Source of the DNA: a virus
Lineage: Duplodnaviria > Caudoviricetes
Direction: 5' to 3' (one strand)
DNA: 36,069 bases
IMG/VR virus record: IMGVR_UViG_3300032216_000179
Coordinates: 1-36,069 of that record
In this document: piece by piece, positions 7,677 through 15,728 of the stretch
Layout: each line of letters begins with the position of its first letter
Position numbering within the stretch: position 1 is the first letter of the stretch
Translations under genes and position numbers: made by a program
Notes under the pieces: generated by a model
Told to the model about the DNA's origin: nothing
Database searches by the model: none
Seen by the model: the letters and a program-made list of their open reading frames with translations, nothing else

Positions 7677-8953
7677 ATTATTTATCAGTTTGTAGTGGTA
7701 TAGAAGCAGCAACTGTAGCATGGCATGACATGGGATGGAATCCTGTAGGATTTTCAGAAATAGAAAAATTCCCTAGTCAGTTATTACAACATCATTATCC
7801 ACATGTTACTAATTATGGTGACATGACAAAATTTAAGGAGTGGAAATTAAATGACACAATCAGACTTTTGGTTGGAGGAACACCATGCCAATCATTCTCA
7901 GTTGCTGGACTTAGAAAAGGTCTTGAAGATCCCAGAGGAAATCTCATGCTCACCTATCTTGGAATTGCAGACACTTTTAAGCCAAAATGGATTTTATGGG
8001 AAAATGTACCAGGCGTTCTCTCTAGTAACGGAGGAAAAGACTTTGCCTGCTTCCTTCAAGGGTTGGCTGAACTCGGGTATGGGTTCGCCTACAGAATTCT
8101 TGACGCTCAACATTTCGGAGTGCCACAAAGACGCAGGCGTGTGTTCGTTGTCGGATGTCTTGGAGATTGGAGAAATGCAGCCAAAGTATTATTTGAGTCC
8201 GAAAGCCTGTGCAGGGATATTACACCGAGCAGAAGTGAGAGGAAAAAAGTTGCCAACATTATTGCACCAAGCATTGCAAACTGTTTGCAAACAACCTGCA
8301 ATGATTACTCAAGAGCAGACGGATTTAATATGATCACTCATGTATATGAAACACATCCTGCTGATAGTCGAGTAAAGGAAATGGGTGAAGTTTGTCAGAC
8401 TGTAACTTCACGATGGGGAACTGGTGGTGGTAATGTACCAATTGCTCTAGCAGAAAACACAATTGGAAGGCAACCTCATAATGGAGGTAACGGTAATGGT
8501 TTTACAGAAGGTGGTCCAATGTATACATTAAATGCAACAGGTGTGCATGGAATTGCTTATGGCTTTGAGCCTGGTATTACAAAACGTGAAGGCAATCCAT
8601 CAAGATTTACTGAAGAAATGTCACCAACATTAAGAGCGCAAATGGGTGACAATCAAGTTGCAGTTGCATATCCAATTTCTTGGGATTCTGAATTAAATCC
8701 TAATATAGATAAAATGGGAACTTTAATGCGCGGCGGTCAAGGTGGAAGAATGGATGGTGTAATGCAAACTAATATGAAAGTTCGTAGATTAACGCCAATG
8801 GAATGCGAAAGGTTGCAAGGATTTTCTGATAATTATACAAATATTAAAGAAAATTGTCCTGATGGTCATAGATACAAAGCATTAGGAAACTCTATGGCAG
8901 TTCCTGTAATGAAATGGATTGGTCAAAGAATTAATTATGTCAATGGATTGTGA
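7673..8953 (+). CDS. DNA (cytosine-5) methyltransferase, main chain
   Basis: SVCSGIEA (I), GGTPCQSFS (IV), WENVPG (VI), QRRRRVF (VIII), RRLTPMECERLQGF (IX), YKALGNS (X). Confidence 0.95.
   Translation: MNYLSVCSGIEAATVAWHDMGWNPVGFSEIEKFPSQLLQHHYPHVTNYGDMTKFKEWKLNDTIRLLVGGTPCQSFSVAGLRKGLEDPRGNLMLTYLGIADTFKPKWILWENVPGVLSSNGGKDFACFLQGLAELGYGFAYRILDAQHFGVPQRRRRVFVVGCLGDWRNAAKVLFESESLCRDITPSRSERKKVANIIAPSIANCLQTTCNDYSRADGFNMITHVYETHPADSRVKEMGEVCQTVTSRWGTGGGNVPIALAENTIGRQPHNGGNGNGFTEGGPMYTLNATGVHGIAYGFEPGITKREGNPSRFTEEMSPTLRAQMGDNQVAVAYPISWDSELNPNIDKMGTLMRGGQGGRMDGVMQTNMKVRRLTPMECERLQGFSDNYTNIKENCPDGHRYKALGNSMAVPVMKWIGQRINYVNGL
7851..8333 (+). CDS. Overlapping alternative-frame ORF, putative beta subunit of the C5 MTase
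   Basis: 160 codons open in the +1 frame; AAGGAG RBS at 7835-7840; C-terminal SLSDVLE...KYYLSPKACAGILHRAEVRGKKLP recalls EcoHK31I/EaeI-type beta polypeptides. Confidence 0.75.
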   Translation: MTQSDFWLEEHHANHSQLLDLEKVLKIPEEISCSPILELQTLLSQNGFYGKMYQAFSLVTEEKTLPASFKGWLNSGMGSPTEFLTLNISECHKDAGVCSLSDVLEIGEMQPKYYLSPKACAGILHRAEVRGKKLPTLLHQALQTVCKQPAMITQEQTDLI

Positions 8954-9128
8954 GTATTGTAATGAAAATCGTGGTCGTTTTAATTTTAATAACGAGTGTT
9001 GTTGGGTGCGCTGGCTACGACGTGCTTATAAACCACACGCAAAAGCTATGCTTGAACGGTATCAAAAAAAGCATGGAAGATCATCAATGTTAGAACTTAT
9101 CAGAAAGGTAAAACATGAAACGCTTTAG
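8937..9128 (+). CDS. Hypothetical Cys-containing protein
   Basis: CEYC...ECC; overlaps both neighbours. Confidence 0.6.
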   Translation: MSMDCEYCNENRGRFNFNNECCWVRWLRRAYKPHAKAMLERYQKKHGRSSMLELIRKVKHETL

Positions 9129-9399
9129 TGTAATTATTGAAGTTGAAATAGACGAAAAGAAATATAATGAAGTTGAGTCATGGGGTGTAGAGCCTTCTGA
9201 TTATGTCAACTCTGTTATTTCAGATCATGCAAAAGACAGAGGCTTTCTTATGAAAACTTCTGTGACGGAAGTGGAGCGCAGCCTATACAATAGATTACGA
9301 ATTGCAGCCGATGATTTTATTGGCAAAGATGCAATTGCAGATATTGAAGAAGCTGCATTAGCAAACGCAAGATGTATTCATGGAAAATGTGAGGACTAA
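9115..9399 (+). CDS. Hypothetical protein
   Basis: AAGG RBS; fits the operon packing. Confidence 0.65.
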   Translation: MKRFSVIIEVEIDEKKYNEVESWGVEPSDYVNSVISDHAKDRGFLMKTSVTEVERSLYNRLRIAADDFIGKDAIADIEEAALANARCIHGKCED

Positions 9400-9400
9400 T

Positions 9401-9574
9401 ATGGATTTTACTTATGCTGTAATGGATTGTGGCGATATGATTAGAAAATATCGCTGGTCTAGCAAAGAAGCTAAATGGTATCAAGACACGCATAAAGATA
9501 TTCAAGTAATACGTTTACCTAAAGCACCAAAAGAAAATGTATTTGATTTAATTAAAGCAGAACCTTTATTTTAG
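9401..9574 (+). CDS. Hypothetical protein
   Basis: GAGGA RBS before the ATG at 9401. Confidence 0.6.
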   Translation: MDFTYAVMDCGDMIRKYRWSSKEAKWYQDTHKDIQVIRLPKAPKENVFDLIKAEPLF

Positions 9575-9582
9575 GAGGTGTT

Positions 9583-9747
9583 ATGGCACACGAAGCAGGG
9601 AAAGGCGATATGTATAGATCAGTCGATCAAAAAAAGTTTGATGAAAACTTTGAGCGCATATTTGGAGTTAAAGAAAAGAAAGTTGACTTTGAATATGAAT
9701 TACATCCATCAACAGGTGAGGTTATAAAAAAATATGTTACTAAATAG
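9583..9747 (+). CDS. Hypothetical 54-aa protein
   Basis: AGGAGG RBS; MAHEAGKGDMYRSVDQKKFDENFERIFG. Confidence 0.7.
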   Translation: MAHEAGKGDMYRSVDQKKFDENFERIFGVKEKKVDFEYELHPSTGEVIKKYVTK

Positions 9748-9910
9748 TTTTTATGGAACTAATCTTCCTATTACCACAAAAGATATTGAGTTTGTAGAAA
9801 AAAGAAATATTAAAGTTCAAGAATTAAAAAGACAAATGGGTAATAAATATATATTATCTAATGTCATATCAATTCACAACAGAGGAGAGCAGCATGGCAT
9901 CAGTAAATAA
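9734..9910 (+). CDS. Hypothetical 58-aa protein
   Basis: Fills the gap up to SSB, overlapping both sides. Confidence 0.5.
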   Translation: MLLNSFYGTNLPITTKDIEFVEKRNIKVQELKRQMGNKYILSNVISIHNRGEQHGISK

Positions 9911-10298
9911 AGTAATCGTATTAGGCAATCTTGGTAAAGACCCTGATTTAAGACATTTACCAAACGGTGACGCAGTTTGTAATTTTAGTTTAGCAACAAC
10001 TGAATCATGGAAAAACAAAGACGGAACTAAACAAGACAAAACCGAGTGGCATAACATTGTAATATATCGAAAGCTTGCAGAGATAGCAGGTGAATATTTA
10101 AAAAAAGGCCGCCCTGTGTATATTGAAGGCAGACTTCAAACTCGTAAATGGCAAGACAAAGAAGGAAAGGATCGCTACACAACGGAAATCGTTGCAGATG
10201 AAATGCAAATGTTAGGCAGTCGTGAAGAAGCTAAAGAAGTTTTTAAAACACCTGCTCCAGCTAACTTTGATGACATGGAATCTGACATCCCTTTTTAA
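9894..10298 (+). CDS. ssb: Single-stranded DNA-binding protein
   Basis: [17 protein letters not shown]...TEWHNIV...[11 protein letters not shown]; acidic tail DIPF. Confidence 0.97.
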   Translation: MASVNKVIVLGNLGKDPDLRHLPNGDAVCNFSLATTESWKNKDGTKQDKTEWHNIVIYRKLAEIAGEYLKKGRPVYIEGRLQTRKWQDKEGKDRYTTEIVADEMQMLGSREEAKEVFKTPAPANFDDMESDIPF

Positions 10299-10300
10299 CT

Positions 10301-10504
10301 ATGCAAGATGATTTTGACAGAGCCAGCGATTTAGAACAACACGATAGAGATGAAGCTATTAAATATATTAGAGATCATCAAAAACCTATTGAATCAAACG
10401 GCTCTTGTCTAAATTGTCAATCACCTTCTATTAAACGTTTTTGCGATATAGATTGTCGCAATGATTACGAGAGACGACACCATGAGAACAGATTACTTAC
10501 CTAA
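10301..10504 (+). CDS. TraR/DksA-like C4 zinc finger protein
   Basis: N-terminal DxxDxA (DDFDRA) plus CxxC...CxxxC. Confidence 0.65.
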   Translation: MQDDFDRASDLEQHDRDEAIKYIRDHQKPIESNGSCLNCQSPSIKRFCDIDCRNDYERRHHENRLLT

Positions 10505-10943
10505 AGTTATTAGACTTGTAGGAAAGCTGCAAGCCGATACAGCCATAAGCGCAATACAAAATGCACCAATAGATACAGAACGGCCACTTGAAGTTATTAT
10601 TCGTGAAGAACAAAAAGGCAGATCATTAAGCGCTAACGCTTTAATGTGGGCTGGGCCATTAAATGACATAGCTAGTCAAGCATGGGTTCATGGCAAACAA
10701 TATTCAGCTTTAATATGGCATGAATATTTTAAAGAAAAATTCTTACCTGATTTTCCTGATCCTACACAAGTTAAAGAAGGTTATCGTAAATACGAAGAAA
10801 CACCTGACGGCAGACGAGTGTTAATTGGATCAACTCAAAAGCTAACCAAGCATGGATTTAGTTTATATATGGAACAAATTTACGCTTACGGTGCAGAATT
10901 GGAAGTAAGATTTAGTGAAACCGATCAAGCCCAAGAAGTGTAA
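10482..10943 (+). CDS. ninB: NinB-like recombination protein
   Basis: RSLSANALMW, WHEYFK, STQKLTKHGFSLYMEQIYAYGAE. Confidence 0.8.
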   Translation: MRTDYLPKVIRLVGKLQADTAISAIQNAPIDTERPLEVIIREEQKGRSLSANALMWAGPLNDIASQAWVHGKQYSALIWHEYFKEKFLPDFPDPTQVKEGYRKYEETPDGRRVLIGSTQKLTKHGFSLYMEQIYAYGAELEVRFSETDQAQEV

Positions 10944-11451
10944 GGTTTGTAAAGTAGAATTTACGCCAAACAAACCACTTCAACAAGTATGTGGGTTTGA
11001 ATGTGCATTAGAGTTAGCTAAAGACAAAAGAATTAAAACTGTTAAAAAAGAAGTTAAAGAAGCAAAGTTAAAACTAAAGAGCCGATCCGATTGGTTAAAA
11101 GACACACAAGTAACATTTAATAAATATATTAGGTTAAGGGATCAAGATGACGGTTGTATTAGTTGTGGGTCAAAGAGTGCCTACGCATATCATGCAGGCC
11201 ATTACAGAAGCATTGGAAGTGCAGGACACCTTCGATTTAACGAGCTTAACTGTCACCGACAATGCTCGGCCTGTAACACCCATTTATCTGGTAATCTCAT
11301 CCGATACCGACTCGGACTTATTAGAAAAATTGGAATACACGCTGTTGAAGCACTCGAATCTGATAACGACACAATAAAGATTGATATAGAACAAATAAAG
11401 ATACTTAAAGCTCATTTTTCTGCTAAAATAAAAGCTCACGAGTCTAAATAG
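10915..11451 (+). CDS. ninG: NinG/Rap-like endonuclease
   Basis: KKCKVC, FNKYIRLRD...CISCG, HAGHYRS, NCHRQCSACN.HLSGN. Confidence 0.92.
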   Translation: MKPIKPKKCKVCKVEFTPNKPLQQVCGFECALELAKDKRIKTVKKEVKEAKLKLKSRSDWLKDTQVTFNKYIRLRDQDDGCISCGSKSAYAYHAGHYRSIGSAGHLRFNELNCHRQCSACNTHLSGNLIRYRLGLIRKIGIHAVEALESDNDTIKIDIEQIKILKAHFSAKIKAHESK

Positions 11452-11458
11452 CTTGTGA

Positions 11459-11474
11459 AAATTTAGCTAAATTT
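11459..11474. promoter_or_regulatory. Perfect 16-bp palindrome AAATTTAGCTAAATTT at the early/late boundary
   Basis: Intergenic, preceded by TTGTGA and followed by TAAGAT/TAAAAT. Confidence 0.5.
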
Positions 11475-11497
11475 AAGATTAAAATAAGGAACTTATC

Positions 11498-11737
11498 ATG
11501 GGTATGAAAGATAAAGAAAAATATACACTAGGTGCATCAGGTGAGAAAATGCCTAAAGGCGTTTTAGCTTCTGATATGTCAGGTGAAAGAAAAGAATCAG
11601 TAAAAGGTGGCGTTGGTATGGGTAAGATGGATGCTGTCGGTGCTGATAAGCAATTTAAAGGCGGTAGTTCAGAAAAAGTTTGTTATGAACACAAAAGAGC
11701 TTCATACGATTTAGAAGATAAATACGAAGGTAAGTAA
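11498..11737 (+). CDS. Hypothetical Gly/Lys-rich protein
   Basis: AAGGA RBS. Confidence 0.7.
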   Translation: MGMKDKEKYTLGASGEKMPKGVLASDMSGERKESVKGGVGMGKMDAVGADKQFKGGSSEKVCYEHKRASYDLEDKYEGK

Positions 11738-11803
11738 AACGAAAACCCAACCAGCCCTAGACTGATTGGGAGTTCTAACCAAGTAATAATGGAGGTTTAT
11801 TAA

Positions 11804-12049
11804 ATGGCTACATCAAATTCTACAGATAGTTGCATAGCTTGTAAATTCTTTATTACAGGCGGTCAATTAGGTTCTTGTCATAGATACCCACAATCCCTTA
11901 CAAAAGCGCCTAGCGAATGGTGCGGTGAATTCATATTTGCTAACGTAGCAAGAACTAAAGACGAAGTCATGCCTGAACCCATTATTAGTAACCTATTAGA
12001 ATCTAAACCTATTCAAATTGAAACTAAACCTAAAAGGATTAAGAAATGA
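11804..12049 (+). CDS. Small Cys-rich protein with a HiPIP-like cysteine pattern
   Basis: CIACKFF...GSCHRYP...EWCGEF; GGAGG RBS. Confidence 0.6.
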   Translation: MATSNSTDSCIACKFFITGGQLGSCHRYPQSLTKAPSEWCGEFIFANVARTKDEVMPEPIISNLLESKPIQIETKPKRIKK

Positions 12050-12345
12050 TAAGACCCTTTGCAGATAAGATATTAGTAAAACCAATTGAGCGTGAAGCCA
12101 AGTCAACTATTCCTGGCTTTATATACCATGAAGAATACAATACAGGCGTAGTTGTAGCAGTTGGCCCTGGCAAAAAAATCAAAGAAGGCAAGTATGAGCC
12201 TGTTCATGTTAAAATAGGTGATAAGATTAGATTTGGAACTATGGGTAAAGACGAGTATCTTAAATTTCAACCTGTCATGGATAACGGTGAGAAGTTTCTT
12301 ATCATGTCATGGCAAGATGTCGCATTTATAGAAGAAAGCGAGTAA
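12046..12345 (+). CDS. groES: Co-chaperonin GroES/Cpn10
   Basis: IRPFADKILVKP, GVVVAVGPGK, VKIGDKIRF. Confidence 0.9.
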   Translation: MIRPFADKILVKPIEREAKSTIPGFIYHEEYNTGVVVAVGPGKKIKEGKYEPVHVKIGDKIRFGTMGKDEYLKFQPVMDNGEKFLIMSWQDVAFIEESE

Positions 12346-12349
12346 AATT

Positions 12350-12490
12350 ATGCCTTTAAAGAAATCAACAAGTCCTAAAGCGTTTACATCAAACATTAAG
12401 GCAGAGATTAAAGCAGGAAAACCACAGAAGCAAGCAGTTGCAATAGCTTATGCGGTAAAACGTGAAGCATCAAAGAAAAAATCTAAATAA
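12350..12490 (+). CDS. Small basic 46-aa phage protein
   Basis: MPLKKSTSPKAFTSNIKAEIKAGKPQKQAVAIAYA, a pattern common upstream of phage terminases. Confidence 0.75.
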   Translation: MPLKKSTSPKAFTSNIKAEIKAGKPQKQAVAIAYAVKREASKKKSK

Positions 12491-12508
12491 CTAACAAAGG
12501 ATACTATC

Positions 12509-12697
12509 ATGGCCATTAAGTTGGAACTTGAAATCAAAGAAGCAGAATTAGTCGTAGCAGGTCTATATAAACTACCAATGGAAGTAGCAGAGCAAATCGT
12601 AGTCAAGATTAAAACTCAAGCTATCCCACAAATAGCAGAACAACAAGAGGCTGACAAAGCTAAAGCTGAACCTGCATCTGAAGAACCAACAGTCTAA
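12509..12697 (+). CDS. Hypothetical protein
   Basis: AAGGA RBS; TAATG coupling to the next gene. Confidence 0.7.
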   Translation: MAIKLELEIKEAELVVAGLYKLPMEVAEQIVVKIKTQAIPQIAEQQEADKAKAEPASEEPTV

Positions 12698-13905
12698 TGC
12701 AAATAGAACAGAGGTTGCTATCGGAGCTAATTCCGTATATCAACAACTCTAGGAAGCATTCAGACGATCAAGTTACGCAAATAGCGGCTTCGATTAAAGA
12801 GTTTGGATGGACTAATCCTATATTAGTTGATGGTGATAATGGAATTATTGCAGGCCATGGTCGCATTATGGCGGCTAAAAAGCTAAACATGACTGAAGTC
12901 CCTGTCATTGAGTTAGCACATTTATCAAAAGAACAACGCAAAGCATTAATCATTGCGGACAATAAACTAGCACTAAACTCTGATTGGGATTCGAATTTAC
13001 TAGCTATTGAGCTAAAAGACCTACAAGACTTGGGCTTTGACCTAAACCTTACAGGCTTTAATGCGGATGAGCTTGCTAACTTATTACTTCCTGAACAAGT
13101 TGCTGGTTTAACCGATGAGGATGCAACTCCACCTATTCCTGACGAGCCTAAAACAAAGTTAGGGGATGTATATATATTAGGCAATCACAAGCTTATGTGT
13201 GGCGATAGCGCAAACCTAGATGATGCAGAAAAGCTTATGGATAATGATTTAGCAGATTTAGTATTTACTGATCCACCATACAATGTAGCTTATTCAGGCA
13301 GGGGTGCTAATAATTTAGGCACAATTAAAAATGATGATATGTCAAACGATGATTTTGAACAGTTTTGTCGAGATATATTTACAACCTATCATACATATAT
13401 GAAGCCATTAGCTTGTATTTATGTATGTCACCCTGATAGTCAATCTGCACCAAAATTAGCTTTTGAAAAGACTTTTGCTGAACAATTTAATAAATCATCC
13501 ACTTTAATATGGATGAAGCAATCTGCTGGCATGGGATGGCAAGATTACAGGGCGCAACATGAGCCTATTCTTTATGGATGGAAAGAAGGATCAGGCAAAC
13601 ATTTTTATAGCGGTGATAGGACAAAGACCACAATATGGAAAATAGGCAGAGATGCTCAAGCCAGTTATGTGCATCCAACTCAAAAACCTGTAGCATTACC
13701 TGAAGAAGCTATAAATAATAGCTCTAAAGGCATGGACATAGTATTAGATTTATTTGGTGGAAGCGGAAGCACATTAATAGCCTGTGAAAAAGTAGGCCGT
13801 AAAGCAAGATTAATGGAACTTGATCCTAAATATTGTGACGTAATAGTTAAACGCTGGGAAGATTTCACAGGAAAGAAAGCCGAGCTAATACAAAATGACT
13901 TATAA
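12697..13905 (+). CDS. ParB/Srx-domain plus N4/N6 DNA methyltransferase fusion
   Basis: N-terminal SIKEFGWTNPILVD...IIAGHGR...ADNKLA; C-terminal FTDPPYN, HPTQKP, DLFGGSGSTLIACE (beta-class motif order). Confidence 0.93.
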   Translation: MQIEQRLLSELIPYINNSRKHSDDQVTQIAASIKEFGWTNPILVDGDNGIIAGHGRIMAAKKLNMTEVPVIELAHLSKEQRKALIIADNKLALNSDWDSNLLAIELKDLQDLGFDLNLTGFNADELANLLLPEQVAGLTDEDATPPIPDEPKTKLGDVYILGNHKLMCGDSANLDDAEKLMDNDLADLVFTDPPYNVAYSGRGANNLGTIKNDDMSNDDFEQFCRDIFTTYHTYMKPLACIYVCHPDSQSAPKLAFEKTFAEQFNKSSTLIWMKQSAGMGWQDYRAQHEPILYGWKEGSGKHFYSGDRTKTTIWKIGRDAQASYVHPTQKPVALPEEAINNSSKGMDIVLDLFGGSGSTLIACEKVGRKARLMELDPKYCDVIVKRWEDFTGKKAELIQNDL

Positions 13906-14065
13906 AAGATGGTTTATTGTATTTAGCCACGATCAATCACCATTAGATGAGTGTATATTTACACATAAGGCTAAAGCACAGGCTAAATTAGATACTTTAA
14001 GCAATAAGAATAAGCTAAATGTGGTGCAATTAGAGTTTACTTTAACTAAACTTGTAAGCGCTTGA
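13895..14065 (+). CDS. Hypothetical 56-aa protein
   Basis: Open frame filling the gap before the small terminase. Confidence 0.45.
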   Translation: MTYKRWFIVFSHDQSPLDECIFTHKAKAQAKLDTLSNKNKLNVVQLEFTLTKLVSA

Positions 14066-14107
14066 TTACATACACATTATATAAAACACTTTGGGTCAAT
14101 AAAAAAG

Positions 14108-14455
14108 ATGCTAGAACATACACCAACAGAGAAGACTAAAGAGCAAGTATTAAGTGCTTCAGGGCTAGGATTGCCTCAATTGCAAATAGCGGCATTACTT
14201 GGCATATCTGATGTGACGTTACGTAAACACTATGAGAAAGAACTAGCGGTGGGCAAAGCAACTGCATCGGCTCAGGTGGCTAAATCTTTATATAATAAAG
14301 CTGTATCAGGTGATACTACTGCTGCAATATGGTGGACTAAAGCTCAAATGGGCTGGGGTGAAACCAATACCACTAAATTTGGTAATATTGACGGCACGCC
14401 ACTTGAAGGCATACAAGTCACCTTTGTAAAGTCAGATGGATCAACAACAACTTAA
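14108..14455 (+). CDS. terS: Terminase small subunit (putative)
   Basis: HTH IAALLGISDVTLRKHY, SLYNKAVSGDTTAAIWW.K; overlaps the terL start. Confidence 0.8.
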   Translation: MLEHTPTEKTKEQVLSASGLGLPQLQIAALLGISDVTLRKHYEKELAVGKATASAQVAKSLYNKAVSGDTTAAIWWTKAQMGWGETNTTKFGNIDGTPLEGIQVTFVKSDGSTTT

Positions 14456-15725
14456 AGATGCAATCGCCAGGGTTCAGTTTCCACAAAAACTAGAATGTTT
14501 ATTTGAACCTAAAGAATCACGCTATCGAATACTATTTGGTGGCCGAGGCGGTGCAAAATCATGGGGAGTTGCAAGAGCGTTATTAATTAAAGGCGCTAAA
14601 GTGCCAACTCGTGTATTGTGCGCTAGAGAGTTTATGACCTCTATTAAAGACTCGGTTCATAAATTATTGTCCGATCAAATAGATGATATGGGTTTAAATG
14701 GTTTTTATGAAATAACTCAAAACTCAATTAGAGGACTAAACGGCACAGAGTTTGCCTTTGTAGGATTAAAAAACAACATAGCCAATGTGAAGTCGTTTGA
14801 AGGTATTGACATAGCGTGGGTAGAAGAAGCTCAAACCGTATCCAAGACTAGCTGGAATGTATTGATACCGACTATCCGTAAAGAAAAGTCAGAGATATGG
14901 ATAACATTTAACCCTGAATTAGAAACAGACGAAACTTATCAGCGCTTTGTAGTTAATCCGCCTGACCAATCCGTTGTTCAGCGTATTAATTGGAACGATA
15001 ACCCTTGGTTTCCTGAAACGCTACGATTAGAAAAAGATGCCCTAAAGAATAGGGATTTGCAGGCTTACAATAATGTGTGGGAAGGCTTATGCCGAATCAC
15101 CGTTGATGGCGCTATATTCGCTAATGAGATGAATATGGCGGATCTATCAGGTAGAATAACAAGAGTGCCTTACGATGCAACCAAACCTGTTCATGCGGTA
15201 TTCGATTTAGGATGGGCAGATCACACAGCTATATGGTTTGTGCAATTCATAGGTATGGAAACAAGGCTTATTAGATATTTGCAGGATACGCAAAAAACTA
15301 TTAGTCATTACTTGGCTGAAATGCAAAAGTTTGGTTATATATACGACACTTTGCACCTGCCACACGATGCCGAGAGTAAAAACATTGCTTCTAATGGTCG
15401 GTCTATTAATGACATAGTAAGAGCAGCAGGATACAAAACTAACATTTTACCTAGAGTTCCTGTTGTAGATTCTATAAACGCAGCAAGAACCATATTCAAT
15501 AGTTGCTATTTTGATAGAGAAAATTGCGAGGATGGGTTACAATGCTTACGACATTACCGATATGAAGTTGATGCTGATACAGGTCAATTTAGTCGAAATC
15601 CACTCCATGATGTATATTCGCATGGCGCTGACGCATTTCGCTATATAGGTTTAATGATCCAAGACAAAAAAGAACGTAAAGCTCAAAAATTAACTTATAG
15701 TCCTGGCGCAAGCTGGATGGGATAA
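14436..15725 (+). CDS. terL: Terminase large subunit (PBSX/SPP1-like)
   Basis: Walker A GGRGGAKS, Walker B WVEEA, ITFNP, nuclease motifs FDLG and HGADAFRY. Confidence 0.96.
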   Translation: MDQQQLKDAIARVQFPQKLECLFEPKESRYRILFGGRGGAKSWGVARALLIKGAKVPTRVLCAREFMTSIKDSVHKLLSDQIDDMGLNGFYEITQNSIRGLNGTEFAFVGLKNNIANVKSFEGIDIAWVEEAQTVSKTSWNVLIPTIRKEKSEIWITFNPELETDETYQRFVVNPPDQSVVQRINWNDNPWFPETLRLEKDALKNRDLQAYNNVWEGLCRITVDGAIFANEMNMADLSGRITRVPYDATKPVHAVFDLGWADHTAIWFVQFIGMETRLIRYLQDTQKTISHYLAEMQKFGYIYDTLHLPHDAESKNIASNGRSINDIVRAAGYKTNILPRVPVVDSINAARTIFNSCYFDRENCEDGLQCLRHYRYEVDADTGQFSRNPLHDVYSHGADAFRYIGLMIQDKKERKAQKLTYSPGASWMG

Positions 15726-15728
15726 AAC

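Noticed and set aside
12768-13184. 138-aa antisense ORF within the ParB-MTase
   Set aside because: Ser-rich codon mirror of the sense gene, with no RBS or motif
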